Shown here: one piece after another, positions 1 to 11,262 of the stretch
Layout of the letters: every line of letters begins with the position of its first letter
Numbering within the stretch: the first letter of the stretch is position 1
Assembly (NCBI GenBank): GCA_037481815.1
Contig: JBBFKX010000003.1
Coordinates: forward strand, 32,001 to 96,000
Origin: a candidate division WOR-3 bacterium
Lineage (GTDB): Bacteria; Hydrothermota; 32-111
Length of the DNA: 64,000 bases
Reading direction: 5' to 3'
Position numbers and translations under genes: made by a program
Notes under the pieces: model-generated
Told to the model about the DNA's origin: nothing
Databases searched by the model: none
Seen by the model: the letters and a program-made list of their open reading frames with translations, nothing else

Positions 1-2
1 CA

Positions 3-1025
3 TTCTTTTTCATTTTTCCAGAAAAAGTCCCAATTCCAACAGATTATCCAACGATTTTCCCATCAGCAAGGATCAGAGGTCTGGGTGGTAATGGAACATC
101 GATCATGGGTGATATCAGTTCAACATTTTATAATCCAGCAACACTTTCCGGTTTAAATTCCGGAGGAATATCTTTATCCTTTGAAACCGATCATTTCTCT
201 TCCTATGCTGAATTCATTCAAAAAGAACAATCAGTTTATGGGAAGAATATATCCTTTTTTACAATTTCAACCTATCAGGGCGGCCTCAGTTATATGCCGC
301 TTTTTAAAATCTCTTACAGGGACTCATTCTTTGATTCTTTGAACATCGAAAGAGATTTTGAAATGAAACTTGACCAGTACTGGTTGTCTTTAACAAGTTT
401 CACAGGTTTTAATGAAAAATTTTCATCTCCAATTTACTTTGGTATAAATTTAAAATATTTAAATGGAAAAATAGCAGAAGCAAAACTATTTTATGATTCC
501 TTAGATAATATCATCGATGGTTTTGCTGACATATCGTACGGGAATGGATACGGTCTCGATGGTGGACTTGTACTATCCCTTTCGAATCTTTTCGTATCAC
601 TTGTTTTCAGAGATATTTTTACTCATATCTATTGGGATATATATGATAAACAGATAATTCCCATGAATGGTAATCTCGGGATATCGTTTGTTCCTATTCC
701 AAATCTTTTGTTCAATTTTAATGTTTCCAAATTTTTAAGAAACGAAACACCTTTTGTTTACAATATAGGTGGTGAGTATACATTTTTTGAACTCACAGAA
801 AAAACAAACTCTTTCTGGGATGATTTAAAAAAAGGATCCCCGAGTATAAGGATTGGAACATCGTTCAAAAAGATTCCAACGCTCAGCACGGCAATCATAG
901 ATTTTGGTTTAGGTTATAACTCTAACTCTGTTAGAGTTGATCTGTGTTTTGAATCAACACTTGAAAGGTATTATATAGGAAAATTTGACTACTATTTAAC
1001 TTTAACGATTCCAATAACAATTTAG
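3..1025 (+). CDS. Outer-membrane beta-barrel protein, PorV/PorQ/FadL-like (5'-truncated by window edge)
   Basis: Frame is open upstream of the track ATG at 105 and gives SARIRGLGG...GDISSTFYNPA, the N-terminal SAR-x-GxG / FxNPA motif of PorV/FadL-type barrels; alternating aromatic beta-strand pattern. Confidence 0.55.
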   Translation, partial: FFFIFPEKVPIPTDYPTIFPSARIRGLGGNGTSIMGDISSTFYNPATLSGLNSGGISLSFETDHFSSYAEFIQKEQSVYGKNISFFTISTYQGGLSYMPLFKISYRDSFFDSLNIERDFEMKLDQYWLSLTSFTGFNEKFSSPIYFGINLKYLNGKIAEAKLFYDSLDNIIDGFADISYGNGYGLDGGLVLSLSNLFVSLVFRDIFTHIYWDIYDKQIIPMNGNLGISFVPIPNLLFNFNVSKFLRNETPFVYNIGGEYTFFELTEKTNSFWDDLKKGSPSIRIGTSFKKIPTLSTAIIDFGLGYNSNSVRVDLCFESTLERYYIGKFDYYLTLTIPITI

Positions 1026-1033
1026 GAGGAAAA

Positions 1034-1504
1034 ATGTTGATTTCACAGTTTTTAAAAAAGGATAATGTGATTTTTGATCTCAAAAGCAAAACAAAAGATA
1101 AAGCACTTGAAGAAATGGTTGACAGAATGAAACTCTCAAAAGAAAAGAAGGATCTGATACTTCTTTCTTTAAAACAGAGGGAGATTCTTGGAACTACAGG
1201 AATAGGAAACGGAATCGCAATACCGCATGCAAGATCGGTAGTTTTGGATAAGCTCTGTCTTTATGTTGGTATCTCCCAAAAAGGAATCGAGTATGAATCA
1301 CTTGATGGAAAAAATGTAAACATTATATTTTTGATCATAGCTCCTCCACTCGATTCTTCGAATCAGTATCTCATCCTTCTTGGAAAAATAGCCGCACTTT
1401 CAAAAAAACTGATAAAGAAAAAAGATTATCTTAAAATAGATAATTATGAGGATTTCATCGAACTGATAAAAAAGATGGAAGAAAGTATGGAGGATGAAAT
1501 ATGA
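1034..1504 (+). CDS. PTS IIA-like protein (PtsN/fructose-mannitol IIA family), stand-alone
   Basis: RE-x-LGTTGIGNGIAIPHAR phospho-His motif; AGGAGG RBS upstream. Confidence 0.9.
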   Translation: MLISQFLKKDNVIFDLKSKTKDKALEEMVDRMKLSKEKKDLILLSLKQREILGTTGIGNGIAIPHARSVVLDKLCLYVGISQKGIEYESLDGKNVNIIFLIIAPPLDSSNQYLILLGKIAALSKKLIKKKDYLKIDNYEDFIELIKKMEESMEDEI

Positions 1505-1857
1505 ATATACAGTTACAATATCTTATCCAGTTGAGTGATCTTGATACACAACTTGAGGAATTAAAAAATGACAGAATAAGAACAAAAGAAGAATCTTTAG
1601 GATTTAGAGTTCAGGCAAAAGAGAACGAGATAAACAAATTAAGAGAAAGTATCAGAAAAAAAATTGAACCCAATCTTTTGAACAAATATGACAAGATACA
1701 GAAAAGGTATAAGATGAGGGCAGTTGCACAGGTCAACGATGGAGTTTGTTACGGATGTTTCACTGCTCTTCCTACAAGTTATGTTGCCGAAGGGGATAAG
1801 AACAATAAAATTATAACATGTCCAAATTGCGGGAGGATTCTATTTTGGATAGAATAG
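1501..1857 (+). CDS. C4 zinc-ribbon protein (DUF164/CT398-like), short form
   Basis: N-terminal coiled coil, then CYGC...CPNCGRIL. Confidence 0.8.
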   Translation: MNIQLQYLIQLSDLDTQLEELKNDRIRTKEESLGFRVQAKENEINKLRESIRKKIEPNLLNKYDKIQKRYKMRAVAQVNDGVCYGCFTALPTSYVAEGDKNNKIITCPNCGRILFWIE

Positions 1858-2459
1858 TTGAAAAAACGATCAAAAATTTAGAAAAACATCATTTTGAAGT
1901 TTTTTACTATCAGGATTTTGAAAAATTGAAAGAAAAAGTTAAAGAATATTTGAACTTTTATGAAAGTTTTTCTCTGGGGGGTTCTACGACTCTCGTTCAG
2001 ACAGGATTAAAAGATTTTATAATCAAAAATGGTAAAAGATATATTGAAAGAATAAGTGGTGATGATGAAGAAAAAAAACTTGAATCTGAAAGAGCAGCAT
2101 TACTTTCGGACATATATTTTATGTCCACAAATGCGATTTCTTCAACAGGAGCATTGATAAATATAGACAAAAGGGGAAACAGAGTTGGTGCACTTTTATT
2201 TGGTCCAAAAAAGCTTGTTGTGATAGCATCAACAAACAAGATTACAAAAGATATAGATTCTGCAATCGAGAGAGCAAAGAATGTTGCCGCTGTTTTGAAT
2301 TGCAAAAGGTTCAATTTAACAACTCCATGTGTAAAACTTCAAAGATGTATAGATTGTGAGGATGAAAATACAATCTGTTATTCAACGGTGATAACAAAAA
2401 GATCTTTTCCTCATAAAAGGATTTCGGTTCTACTCTTTGAAGGAAACTATGGATTCTAA
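1845..2459 (+). CDS. LUD-domain (lactate utilisation/DUF1121-like) protein
   Basis: GGSTTL, STNAIS, NIDKRGNRV, FGPKK motifs and a C-terminal Cys cluster; GGAGG at 1832 favours the TTG start at 1845 over 1818. Confidence 0.8.
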   Translation: MDRIVEKTIKNLEKHHFEVFYYQDFEKLKEKVKEYLNFYESFSLGGSTTLVQTGLKDFIIKNGKRYIERISGDDEEKKLESERAALLSDIYFMSTNAISSTGALINIDKRGNRVGALLFGPKKLVVIASTNKITKDIDSAIERAKNVAAVLNCKRFNLTTPCVKLQRCIDCEDENTICYSTVITKRSFPHKRISVLLFEGNYGF

Positions 2460-3711
2460 ATATATTCCATTTGCACAAAAATTCAGACCCGAAACACTCG
2501 ATCAGTTTGTTGGACAGGAACATCTTGTTGGAGAAAATGGTGTTATAAGAAAATTTATCGAAGATAAAATATTGATTTCCATGATCTTTGTTGGACCACC
2601 AGGTTCAGGGAAAACGACTCTTGCAAATATTCTGGTAAAAAATTATTCACTGCCAAAACTCTATATCAACGGAATCAATTTTTCGACTACAAACTTAAAA
2701 AAAATGATTGAAGAATCGAAATCTTCAACTCTTATCATCATCATCGATGAAATACACCGTATGAACAGAATACAACAGGATGCTCTTTTACCATATATTG
2801 AGGATGGGAATGTAATAATTATCGGAACAACAACAGAGAATCCCTCTTATGAATTGACCCCGGCTTTACTTTCAAGGGTTACTGTTTTTAAATTCAACAG
2901 ATTGGAAGAAGTTCATTTAAAAAAGATTGCAAAAAATATTTTTAAAAATCTCAGAATGGAAATCAAGGATGAAAAGATTTATGAGGTTTTAATATCTTTT
3001 TCTAACAACGATGCAAGGCAACTAATAAACATTATTCAAAACTTTTATCAGGATCTAAATAGAATAAAGGATCCAGAAGAATTAAAAAAAATGATAGTTT
3101 CAAGGAAATTGATCCAGTATGATAAAAAAGGAGATTATCATTATAACCTGATTTCTGCTTTTCATAAATCAATAAGGGGCAGTGATGTTAACGCCTCTAT
3201 TTACTATTTTGCAAGGATGATAACCGGAGGAGAAGATCCTTTATATATTGCAAGAAGAATGATCAGGATCGCATCAGAGGACATTGGAAACGCTGATCCA
3301 AACGCTTTGATTTTGGCTAATAACGCTTATGAAGCTTTTGAAAAATTAGGTTCACCCGAAGGTGAACTCGCTTTATTACAATGTGCGATATACCTTGCTC
3401 TGTCCCCAAAATCTGTAGCAGTTTACAAAGCATATTCAAATTCAACAGAGTATGCGCAAAAAACATCTCACCAAGATGTTCCATACAGATTCAGAAATCC
3501 TGTTACAGAATACGATAGAAATGAAGGGATAGGAAAAGATTATAAATACCCACCAGATTATGAAAACAGTTTTGTTTTAGAAAATTATTTTCCAGATGGT
3601 GTTGAAGAAAAAGTTTTTTACTTTCCTGTTGAACGAGGTTTTGAAAGAGAAATGATAAAAAGGATAGATTACTACAAAAAATTAAAAGACAGGTTGAAAA
3701 ATGAAAAATAA
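2449..3711 (+). CDS. rarA: Replication-associated recombination protein A (RarA/MgsA AAA+ ATPase)
   Basis: RPETLDQFVGQEH, GPPGSGKTT, IDEIHR, SAFHKSIRGSD, ASEDIGNADP. Confidence 0.95.
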   Translation: MDSKYIPFAQKFRPETLDQFVGQEHLVGENGVIRKFIEDKILISMIFVGPPGSGKTTLANILVKNYSLPKLYINGINFSTTNLKKMIEESKSSTLIIIIDEIHRMNRIQQDALLPYIEDGNVIIIGTTTENPSYELTPALLSRVTVFKFNRLEEVHLKKIAKNIFKNLRMEIKDEKIYEVLISFSNNDARQLINIIQNFYQDLNRIKDPEELKKMIVSRKLIQYDKKGDYHYNLISAFHKSIRGSDVNASIYYFARMITGGEDPLYIARRMIRIASEDIGNADPNALILANNAYEAFEKLGSPEGELALLQCAIYLALSPKSVAVYKAYSNSTEYAQKTSHQDVPYRFRNPVTEYDRNEGIGKDYKYPPDYENSFVLENYFPDGVEEKVFYFPVERGFEREMIKRIDYYKKLKDRLKNEK

Positions 3712-4522
3712 AAAAATCTTTTTCATCTTACTTTTTACACTTATCAACCTTTTTTCGTGTAATGATGTGAAAAGCAAAAATACAATTATCGTTTCAACTC
3801 TGTTTCCGATCAGTTCATTTTTTCAATCTCTTCTCGATTCTACGATCGTTAGTGTAAGCGTTTTAGAAAGGAATATGGATCCACATATTTCAGATATTTC
3901 CCCTTCAAACTTAAAAAGAATTTCTGAGTCGAAGATTTTTGTTTTACTTGGTTCCAAAATCGAGTTTGAAGAAAAAAATAAAAATCAGTTTTTGATTGAG
4001 GCAAAAAATTCCATAGCGATAAACTTATCAAAATCACTGTCAAAAGTTAACGACCCACACATCTGGATTTCTCTTGATAATCTAAAAATCTTTGCAAAAG
4101 TTCTTTATGATACACTTTCCTTTTACAATATTGTCGAAAAAGAGAATCTGAATAAAAAGTTTTATATTTTAAACAATAAAATTGATTCTTTGAAAGAATC
4201 TCTTGAAAAAATAATAAAGGAAAAACAAATAAAAATTATTTTTACAGATCATAATGCTTTTTACTACTTTGGACGGGAGTTTAATATAGAAATAAAAACT
4301 ATCTCAGATAATGAAGATGAAGTGTCTGTAAAAGATCTGAAAGATATTTATGAAAAAATGTCAAAAGAAAAATTAAAGATTTTTTTCTACACAAACAAAT
4401 CTTCAGAAAATTATGCTAAAAATTTTGAAAAAGAACTCAACGCAAAAAGTTTATACATATTTCCTCTTGAAAATCCTTTAACTAATTTTGAAAACATTTT
4501 AACATTTTTAAAATCTTTATGA
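3701..4522 (+). CDS. Zn/Mn ABC transporter substrate-binding lipoprotein (ZnuA-like)
   Basis: Lipobox LFSC; MDPH, NDPHIW and DHNAFYYF metal-ligand motifs. Confidence 0.85.
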   Translation: MKNKKIFFILLFTLINLFSCNDVKSKNTIIVSTLFPISSFFQSLLDSTIVSVSVLERNMDPHISDISPSNLKRISESKIFVLLGSKIEFEEKNKNQFLIEAKNSIAINLSKSLSKVNDPHIWISLDNLKIFAKVLYDTLSFYNIVEKENLNKKFYILNNKIDSLKESLEKIIKEKQIKIIFTDHNAFYYFGREFNIEIKTISDNEDEVSVKDLKDIYEKMSKEKLKIFFYTNKSSENYAKNFEKELNAKSLYIFPLENPLTNFENILTFLKSL

Positions 4523-5244
4523 GTTTTAATTACATTTTGAAAATAAAAAATTTAGGATACATTTTAAACGGAATAGTTATTCTCGAAAATATTAATTTCA
4601 CGATAGAAGAAAATGAACTCGTATCGATAATAGGTCCAAATGGTGGGGGTAAAACAACGCTTTTGAAACTTATACTTGGAATAAATAAACCAACAACTGG
4701 AACAATTGAATTTTATGACAAAAATATTTCTATAGGTTATCTCCCTCAAAGGAAAACGGATGCTTTTGATTTTCCAATCTCTGTTTATGATTTTATACTT
4801 CTTGCAAGATACAGGGGAATTTTTAAAAACTTTACAAATGATGATCTCAGAAAAACCGGAGAGACGATAATAAAATTAGGCATAGAAAAACTTTTAAAGA
4901 AAAGATTGTCAAACCTTTCCGGGGGAGAGTTACAAAAAGTTCTTCTGGCACGGGCTATCGTAAACGATCCAAAACTGCTTATACTCGACGAGCCAACCTC
5001 TTTTATTGACATAAAATCACAGAATGAATTTTATAACCTTTTATTCGAATTGAAGGAGAAAATGTCAATAATACTTGTAACACATGATCTTGGTGCAATT
5101 TCAACTAAAATAAAGAGAATAATATGTCTAAATAAAAATATAAACTTTGATGGTGATATTAACAAAAATAGAGATTTAGTAATGAACAACCTTTACGGAT
5201 ACGATGTAAATATAATAGATCATACTGATCACAAAAAATTATGA
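4519..5244 (+). CDS. Zn/Mn ABC transporter ATP-binding protein (ZnuC-like)
   Basis: GPNGGGKTT, LSGGELQK, LILDEP, VTHD. Confidence 0.9.
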   Translation: MSFNYILKIKNLGYILNGIVILENINFTIEENELVSIIGPNGGGKTTLLKLILGINKPTTGTIEFYDKNISIGYLPQRKTDAFDFPISVYDFILLARYRGIFKNFTNDDLRKTGETIIKLGIEKLLKKRLSNLSGGELQKVLLARAIVNDPKLLILDEPTSFIDIKSQNEFYNLLFELKEKMSIILVTHDLGAISTKIKRIICLNKNINFDGDINKNRDLVMNNLYGYDVNIIDHTDHKKL

Positions 5245-6032
5245 TTTTTGAATACAAATTTGTTCAATTAAGTTTATTATCCCTTATTCTTTACTCTCTT
5301 CTTGCCGCAATCATTGGAACTTTTGTTGTTTTAAGAAAAACAACATACATTTCAGGTGGGATCTCACATGCTGCCTTTGGTGGTCTTGGACTTGGAGTTT
5401 TTCTCTCCTTGAACCCAATTCTTGTTGCTATACCTTTCACTCTCATCTTTACATCCATGATGTTTTATCTCGGGAAAAAGTTTAAAATTGAAAATGACTC
5501 AACTGTTTCTATCATATGGAGTTTGGGAATGTCTTTAGGGATAATACTTTTAAATTTTAAAAAGGGATACACAGGTTATATGCTTGGCTATCTTTTTGGA
5601 AACGTTCTATCAATAAACACATTCGATATTCTATTACTTTCTGTTGTTCTTGTTTTTACAGTTATAATTTTTTTCCTTTTTATAAAGGAATTTATTTTCA
5701 TTTCGCTTGACCCTGAGTATGCAAAAATTGTCGGTATCAATTATAACATTTTTGATACCGTTTTTTATCTTTTTGTAACCTTAGGAACAGTTGTTATGAT
5801 AAAAATTTCAGGGGTTATAGTCAACATAATCTTTTTGACTATAGCCCCTTTGATCACCAAAAACCTTTTTACAAAAATTTACAAAATAATCTTTTTCAAC
5901 TTTCTTTTGAATGTATTTTTTTCACTCACAGGATTGTTCATTTCATACAAACTCGATTTTCCGTCTGGTCCTTCAATCGTTCTTGTTTCTATAGCCACTT
6001 TCATAATTTTTAAAATTTTTAAAAATTTATGA
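5241..6032 (+). CDS. Zn/Mn ABC transporter permease (ZnuB-like)
   Basis: ISHAAFGG, YLFGNVL, D-x-PSGP-x-IV; hydrophobic throughout. Confidence 0.9.
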   Translation: MIFEYKFVQLSLLSLILYSLLAAIIGTFVVLRKTTYISGGISHAAFGGLGLGVFLSLNPILVAIPFTLIFTSMMFYLGKKFKIENDSTVSIIWSLGMSLGIILLNFKKGYTGYMLGYLFGNVLSINTFDILLLSVVLVFTVIIFFLFIKEFIFISLDPEYAKIVGINYNIFDTVFYLFVTLGTVVMIKISGVIVNIIFLTIAPLITKNLFTKIYKIIFFNFLLNVFFSLTGLFISYKLDFPSGPSIVLVSIATFIIFKIFKNL

Positions 6033-7271
6033 TAGTTTGTGAACTATCAATCCACTTCTGAGTTTTGGTTCAAACCATGTAGACTTAGGGGGCATCACAT
6101 TTCCAGAATCAGCAACTGTCATCAACTGTTCCATGCTTGTTGGATAAAGAGCAAAAGCAACTTCATACTCTTTTGAATCGACCAACTTTTGAAGTTCATC
6201 TATACCTCTGATCCCGCCTACAAAGTTTATCCTTTTATCCGTTCTTGGTTCTTTTATACCAAGAAGTGGATTTAAAACATTATCCTGTAAAATTGAAACA
6301 TCCAGAGATTTTATCGGATCAGTTCTAGATATTATATCCTCTTTTGCCTCAAGTTTATACCATTTTTTATCAATATACATGCTGAAAGTATGGACCTTTT
6401 CAGGTTTTTGAGATCTTTTCAATTCAACAATATTGAACTTTTTTTTCAACTGTTCGAAAAACTTTTCTTTTGTAAGGCCGTTTAAATCTTTTACCACCCT
6501 GTTGTAATCCATTATTTTCAACTGATCATCAGGATAAATTACTGAAAGAAAAAAATTGAATTCTTCTTTCCCGGTATACTTTTTGAAATTTTCTCTCCTC
6601 TTTTTTGCAACCCTTACTGCTGCAGCAGATCTATGATGTCCATCCGCAACATACAGGTTTTCTATATTGGCAAAAAGTTTCACCAATTTTTCAATTATCT
6701 TATTATCCTTAACAACAAAAAGTATATGTTGTACATTCAACTCATCCCTGAAATCGTACTCAGGTTCATTCTTTTCTATAAAATTGTTAACTATATCATC
6801 TATTTCTTTTTCTTTTCGATAGGTAAGAAAAACCGGGCCGGTGTTTGCATCTATGATATCCACATGCATAGCTCTTTCGATCTCTTTATCCTCTCTTGTA
6901 TGCTCGTGTTTTTTTATCACATCCGATATATAATCATCCACAGATGTACAGGCAACGATTCCTGTTTGTTCATGTTTTCCCATTATCTGTTTATAGATGT
7001 AAAGGTAATCATTTTTATCCTGAAACAAAACTTTATCCTTTAAAAACTTTTCAAAATTTTCCTTTCCTTTTAAGAATATTCTTTCATCGTGAACATGCCA
7101 GTCATCAGGACATTCGATTTCAGATTTTTCGATCCTTAAAAAAGAATATTTTTTATCTTTAACATATTCCCTTGCTTCTTTAACAGAAACTACATCATAC
7201 GGCGGTGCCGCTACTTCAGCTACTTTTTCTTTAACAGGTCTTATACCTTTAAAAGGTTTTATCACTGCCAT
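6027..7271 (-). CDS. DUF1015 family protein
   Basis: APPYDV, IKKHEHTR, YVADGHHR, MPPKSTWFEPKLRSGL. Confidence 0.9.
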   Translation of the reverse strand: MAVIKPFKGIRPVKEKVAEVAAPPYDVVSVKEAREYVKDKKYSFLRIEKSEIECPDDWHVHDERIFLKGKENFEKFLKDKVLFQDKNDYLYIYKQIMGKHEQTGIVACTSVDDYISDVIKKHEHTREDKEIERAMHVDIIDANTGPVFLTYRKEKEIDDIVNNFIEKNEPEYDFRDELNVQHILFVVKDNKIIEKLVKLFANIENLYVADGHHRSAAAVRVAKKRRENFKKYTGKEEFNFFLSVIYPDDQLKIMDYNRVVKDLNGLTKEKFFEQLKKKFNIVELKRSQKPEKVHTFSMYIDKKWYKLEAKEDIISRTDPIKSLDVSILQDNVLNPLLGIKEPRTDKRINFVGGIRGIDELQKLVDSKEYEVAFALYPTSMEQLMTVADSGNVMPPKSTWFEPKLRSGLIVHKLS

Positions 7272-7283
7272 ATATTTTCCTCC

Positions 7284-8534
7284 TTACCATGCAAAAAGTT
7301 TAAAATGTGAAGTGAACTCTTTCACTTCCTCTCTGATTCTGTTTATCTCTTCTTCGTTTTCTATATTCGTTAGAACTCTATCTATAAAGGATGCTATCTT
7401 TTTCATCTCGTCCTCTTTCATTCCTCTCGTTGTCATCGCAGGTGTCCCCACTCTTATTCCACTTGTAACAAAAGGCTTTTCAGGGTCGAATGGAATCGTG
7501 TTTTTATTCACTGTAATTCCTGCTTTGTCGAGAGCTTTTTCTGCAACCTTTCCTGTTAACTTTTTACTTCTCAAGTCGACAAGCATAAGATGTGTATCGG
7601 TTCCACCCGATACAAGTCTATAACCTTTCTCTTTTAAAGATTCTGCGAGTTGTTTTGCGTTTTTTAAAACCTGTTCCTGATACTTTACAAACGATGGTGA
7701 CAGAGCTTCTTTAAAAGCTACCGCTTTTGCAGCGATAACATGCATCAATGGTCCACCCTGTATACCAGGGAACAAAGTTTTATCTACCAAAGTTGCATGT
7801 TCCTCTTTACATAAAACCAAACCACCTCTTGGACCTCTTAAAGTTTTATGAGTTGTAGAGGTAACAATATCAGCATACGGTACAGGTGATGGATGGAGTC
7901 CTGCGGCAACAAGTCCAGCGATATGTGCTATATCAACAACCAGTTTTGCTCCAACTTCATCAGCTATCTCTCGAAATTTTGGAAAATCAAAAAATCTTGG
8001 ATATGCACTTGCTCCCGTTATTATCATCTTCGGTTTCACCTCTTTTGCAAGTTCTCTCAACTTCGCATAATCTATAACTTCTGTATCCTTTTCAACACCA
8101 TAGTGAACCGCGTTGTAAAGAATCCCTGAAAAACTTATTGGATGTCCATGTGTCAGGTGTCCACCATGTGAAAGGTCCAACCCCATAAAAGTATCATTCG
8201 GTTTTAAAAAGGCAAGATATGCAACCATATTCGCCTGTGAGCCACAGTGTGGCTGCACGTTTGCATGATCAGCTTTAAAGAGTTGTTTCGCTCTTTCTCT
8301 TGCCAAATTTTCTGCAACATCGACAAACTCACATCCGCCATAATATCTTTTACCTGGATACCCTTCGGCATACTTGTTTGTCATGACGCTTCCCAAAGCT
8401 TCAAGAACAGCATCTGAAACAAAATTTTCAGAGGCGATAAGTTCTATCTTTTCCGTCTGTCTTTTTTTCTCATTCTCTATTGCTTCGTAAATTTCGAGAT
8501 CGATCCTTTTTAAATTTTCTTTTTCCATAATCAC
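7284..8534 (-). CDS. glyA: Serine hydroxymethyltransferase
   Basis: [35 protein letters not shown] (PLP Lys). Confidence 0.98.
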   Translation of the reverse strand: MIMEKENLKRIDLEIYEAIENEKKRQTEKIELIASENFVSDAVLEALGSVMTNKYAEGYPGKRYYGGCEFVDVAENLARERAKQLFKADHANVQPHCGSQANMVAYLAFLKPNDTFMGLDLSHGGHLTHGHPISFSGILYNAVHYGVEKDTEVIDYAKLRELAKEVKPKMIITGASAYPRFFDFPKFREIADEVGAKLVVDIAHIAGLVAAGLHPSPVPYADIVTSTTHKTLRGPRGGLVLCKEEHATLVDKTLFPGIQGGPLMHVIAAKAVAFKEALSPSFVKYQEQVLKNAKQLAESLKEKGYRLVSGGTDTHLMLVDLRSKKLTGKVAEKALDKAGITVNKNTIPFDPEKPFVTSGIRVGTPAMTTRGMKEDEMKKIASFIDRVLTNIENEEEINRIREEVKEFTSHFKLFAW

Positions 8535-9550
8535 TCCTTATTTTTCAATTCTACACTTTGTGTTGGAAAAGCAAAATTGATCTTTTCTTTATCAAAATTG
8601 TATTTTACAAGATAGTGAAAATCTTCTTTTATCTGGGCTATATTCTGGGATTTGTTTACTGCAAAATTCACATAAAGGTTTACAGAATATTGATCAAATT
8701 TATAAAAACCCACATTTATTGAGTTTTTATCTTCAATCCTTTTATCATCGTTCAGTATTTTTGTAACTATATCTGATGCTTTCTTAATGGTTTCAACAGG
8801 TGTTCTATATTCAAGTTGTAAAACATAGGAAATTTTTATCAGATTGTTTTCCATATGGTTCACAATTTTACTTTTAGCAACAAGGCTGTTAGGAAAAATC
8901 ACTATTTTGTTATCATACCTTCTCAACTTTGTCGTTCTTAAACCAACACTCATTATATAACCCAGTTCATCGTTGATTTCAACTAGGTCTCCAACATTTA
9001 AAACTTTCGAGAAAAATATCGTCATTCCACCTATCACGTTTGACAACAGATCCTGAGCCGCAAGTGCTATCGCAGCACTTCCTATTCCAAGTCCAGTAAT
9101 TATCGAGAGTACATTAACACCAAGAATACTTAAAATAAAAGTTGATGCCACTATCAACGAAAACACCAGAACAGTTTTTTTCAGAAGAGATTCTATCTGT
9201 AGTGAAAGGTTAATATGCTGTCTGAGAATATCATCTCTGTAGATTCTTTCAATAAAAAAGTTCACAAAAGATACGAAAAGGAATGTAAAGGTTAAGACAT
9301 ATAATATTTTTGTAATGTCAACCAATATGTTGAATACCTGAGTGTATTTTGTAAAAAAAGAAACAGAAATATGGAACGAGATTGAATACAAAAGGAAAAT
9401 TATAAACCAGAAAAATCTTTTGAAAAATTTATACTTTTTCTCTTTGAAGAAAATTATCAGAAACAATGTTATGGATGTTGATATCAAAATGAGAAAAAGC
9501 AAAAGAATGTATGAACTTATTTTATTTTCAAAGATTAATCTATCCATCAT
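8531..9550 (-). CDS. Small-conductance mechanosensitive channel (MscS family)
   Basis: [39 protein letters not shown]. Confidence 0.9.
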   Translation of the reverse strand: MMDRLIFENKISSYILLLFLILISTSITLFLIIFFKEKKYKFFKRFFWFIIFLLYSISFHISVSFFTKYTQVFNILVDITKILYVLTFTFLFVSFVNFFIERIYRDDILRQHINLSLQIESLLKKTVLVFSLIVASTFILSILGVNVLSIITGLGIGSAAIALAAQDLLSNVIGGMTIFFSKVLNVGDLVEINDELGYIMSVGLRTTKLRRYDNKIVIFPNSLVAKSKIVNHMENNLIKISYVLQLEYRTPVETIKKASDIVTKILNDDKRIEDKNSINVGFYKFDQYSVNLYVNFAVNKSQNIAQIKEDFHYLVKYNFDKEKINFAFPTQSVELKNKE

Positions 9551-10743
9551 CCTTTCCTTCTATTATACTCCTTTATTCCAAGCGAAAGAATCTTTATCGC
9601 ATCTTCAAGTTCTTTTGTGTTTAAAACGTAAGCAATCCTTATCTCATCTTTTCCTTTATCAGGGGAAGCGTAGAATCCATTGGCGGGTGCAACCATAACA
9701 GTTTTTCCATCAACTTCGAAATCTGTTAACATCCATTTAGCAAAATTATCAGCGTCATCAACAGGAAGTTTAACAACAACATAAAATGCACCCTCAGGTT
9801 TTCTTGTAAATACACCTTCAACCTTGATCAAATTTTCATAAACAACATCCCTTCTTTTCTGATATTCTTCTATCATTTCTTTCATAAAACTTTTCATATG
9901 TTTGTAACCTTCTATCATTCCTATCTGTTCGATCGTAGGTGGACACAATCTCGCCTGTCCTAACTTCAAAACTCCTTTCATCACATTTTTATTTTTTGAA
10001 ACAAGATATCCTATCCTTGCTCCACATGCCGAAAACCTTTTTGAAATAGAATCGAGCATTATTGAATTTTCCTGTGTTCCATCGATTTCAAGAATCGAGG
10101 TATGTTTTTTGTTATCAAAAACAAACTCCCTGTAAACCTCATCCGAGAGAATGAATAGGTTATGTTTTTTAGCAATTTTTACAACCATCTCCATTTCCTC
10201 TCTGGTAAAGATAGTTCCAGTTGGATTGTTCGGAGTGCATATAAGAATCGCTTTTGTTTTTGGAGTTATCAACTTTTCAAACTCTCTTTCATCAGGTAAA
10301 TGGAAACCAGTTTCAACTCTCGTTAACAATGGAACTACTCTCAATCCAGCCATTGATGCGAAACCGTTGTAGTTTGTATAAAAAGGTTCAGGTATTATGA
10401 TCTCATCACCATGATCCGCAACGGTCATCATCGCAAATATAATTGCCTCGGATCCACCTGTTGTTATGAAAACCTCATTTGGATTAACATCATAACCTAT
10501 TCCTGTAAGATATTCTGCTACAGTTTCCCTTGCAACTTTTAACCCCTGTGAAGGACCATAAGCTAAAACATGTTCAGAATAGTTTTTTATAGCGTCATAA
10601 ATATAGGTCGGTGTTGGTATGTCAGGTTGTCCGATGTTCAGATGATAAACTTTTATTCCTCTGCTTTTCGCATCTTCAGAATAAGACAAAAGTTTTCTTA
10701 TCGGTGATTCCTGCATGTTAATTACTCTTTCCGATATCTTCAT
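9547..10743 (-). CDS. PLP-dependent aminotransferase class I/II (AspAT-like)
   Basis: LNIGQPD, PNNPTG, SDEVYREF, DSISKRFSACGARIG. Confidence 0.92.
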   Translation of the reverse strand: MKISERVINMQESPIRKLLSYSEDAKSRGIKVYHLNIGQPDIPTPTYIYDAIKNYSEHVLAYGPSQGLKVARETVAEYLTGIGYDVNPNEVFITTGGSEAIIFAMMTVADHGDEIIIPEPFYTNYNGFASMAGLRVVPLLTRVETGFHLPDEREFEKLITPKTKAILICTPNNPTGTIFTREEMEMVVKIAKKHNLFILSDEVYREFVFDNKKHTSILEIDGTQENSIMLDSISKRFSACGARIGYLVSKNKNVMKGVLKLGQARLCPPTIEQIGMIEGYKHMKSFMKEMIEEYQKRRDVVYENLIKVEGVFTRKPEGAFYVVVKLPVDDADNFAKWMLTDFEVDGKTVMVAPANGFYASPDKGKDEIRIAYVLNTKELEDAIKILSLGIKEYNRRKG

Positions 10744-10948
10744 TCAATTCCTCCATTTTTTCTTTTCTCTCTTTTCCCAGCCTTCTGATCTCATCGAGAA
10801 CTTCCTGCTTCTTCAAAACGTTTTTACTTTCAAGGACATTAACCAGTGCTTCTATTGAGAGTGCATTCGTGTAAAACATTTCGGCTGGAGAAAGATTGAT
10901 TTTTATAAGTTTATTTTCTTTTTTCTTCTTTTTCTTGAACAGATTCAT
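10718..10948 (-). CDS. Small hypothetical protein
   Basis: 76 aa; overlaps both neighbours in the operon; amphipathic helical pattern EALVNVLESK-x-VLKKQEVLDEI. Confidence 0.6.
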   Translation of the reverse strand: MNLFKKKKKKENKLIKINLSPAEMFYTNALSIEALVNVLESKNVLKKQEVLDEIRRLGKERKEKMEELNEDIGKSN

Positions 10949-11262
10949 TTTAACCCCACTATGAAATAACCAATGCCTATTCCAACAAAATCGTAAATGA
11001 GATCTTTGTAAGAAACAGTCCCATCTGAGTATCGATCATAAATTTCTTTTCCAAATGAAAATAGAACTGGAATACTTACTGAAAGAGTTATATTCTCAAG
11101 TTCAGAGTCGTTTTTCATAAAACTTTTAACAAAAAGTGCTGTTGATGCTGTCATCGCAAAAGTCGTAAAAAGATGATCAATTTTATCCTTTGAAAAAAAA
11201 GGATCTGAAAAAATATTTGTAAAGAAAACAATAAACAAAAATAGAGTTAAAAGTTTACGCAT
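10945..11262 (-). CDS. YfiM/DUF2279-like membrane protein
   Basis: Signal-like N-terminus; DKIDH, GKEIYD, SYKDLIYD-x-x-G. Confidence 0.65.
   Translation of the reverse strand: MRKLLTLFLFIVFFTNIFSDPFFSKDKIDHLFTTFAMTASTALFVKSFMKNDSELENITLSVSIPVLFSFGKEIYDRYSDGTVSYKDLIYDFVGIGIGYFIVGLK

Noticed and set aside
6027..6032. Convergent stop-codon overlaps without terminators (also 38091-38101 and 44116-44119)
   Set aside because: Common in compact AT-rich genomes; no further signal.
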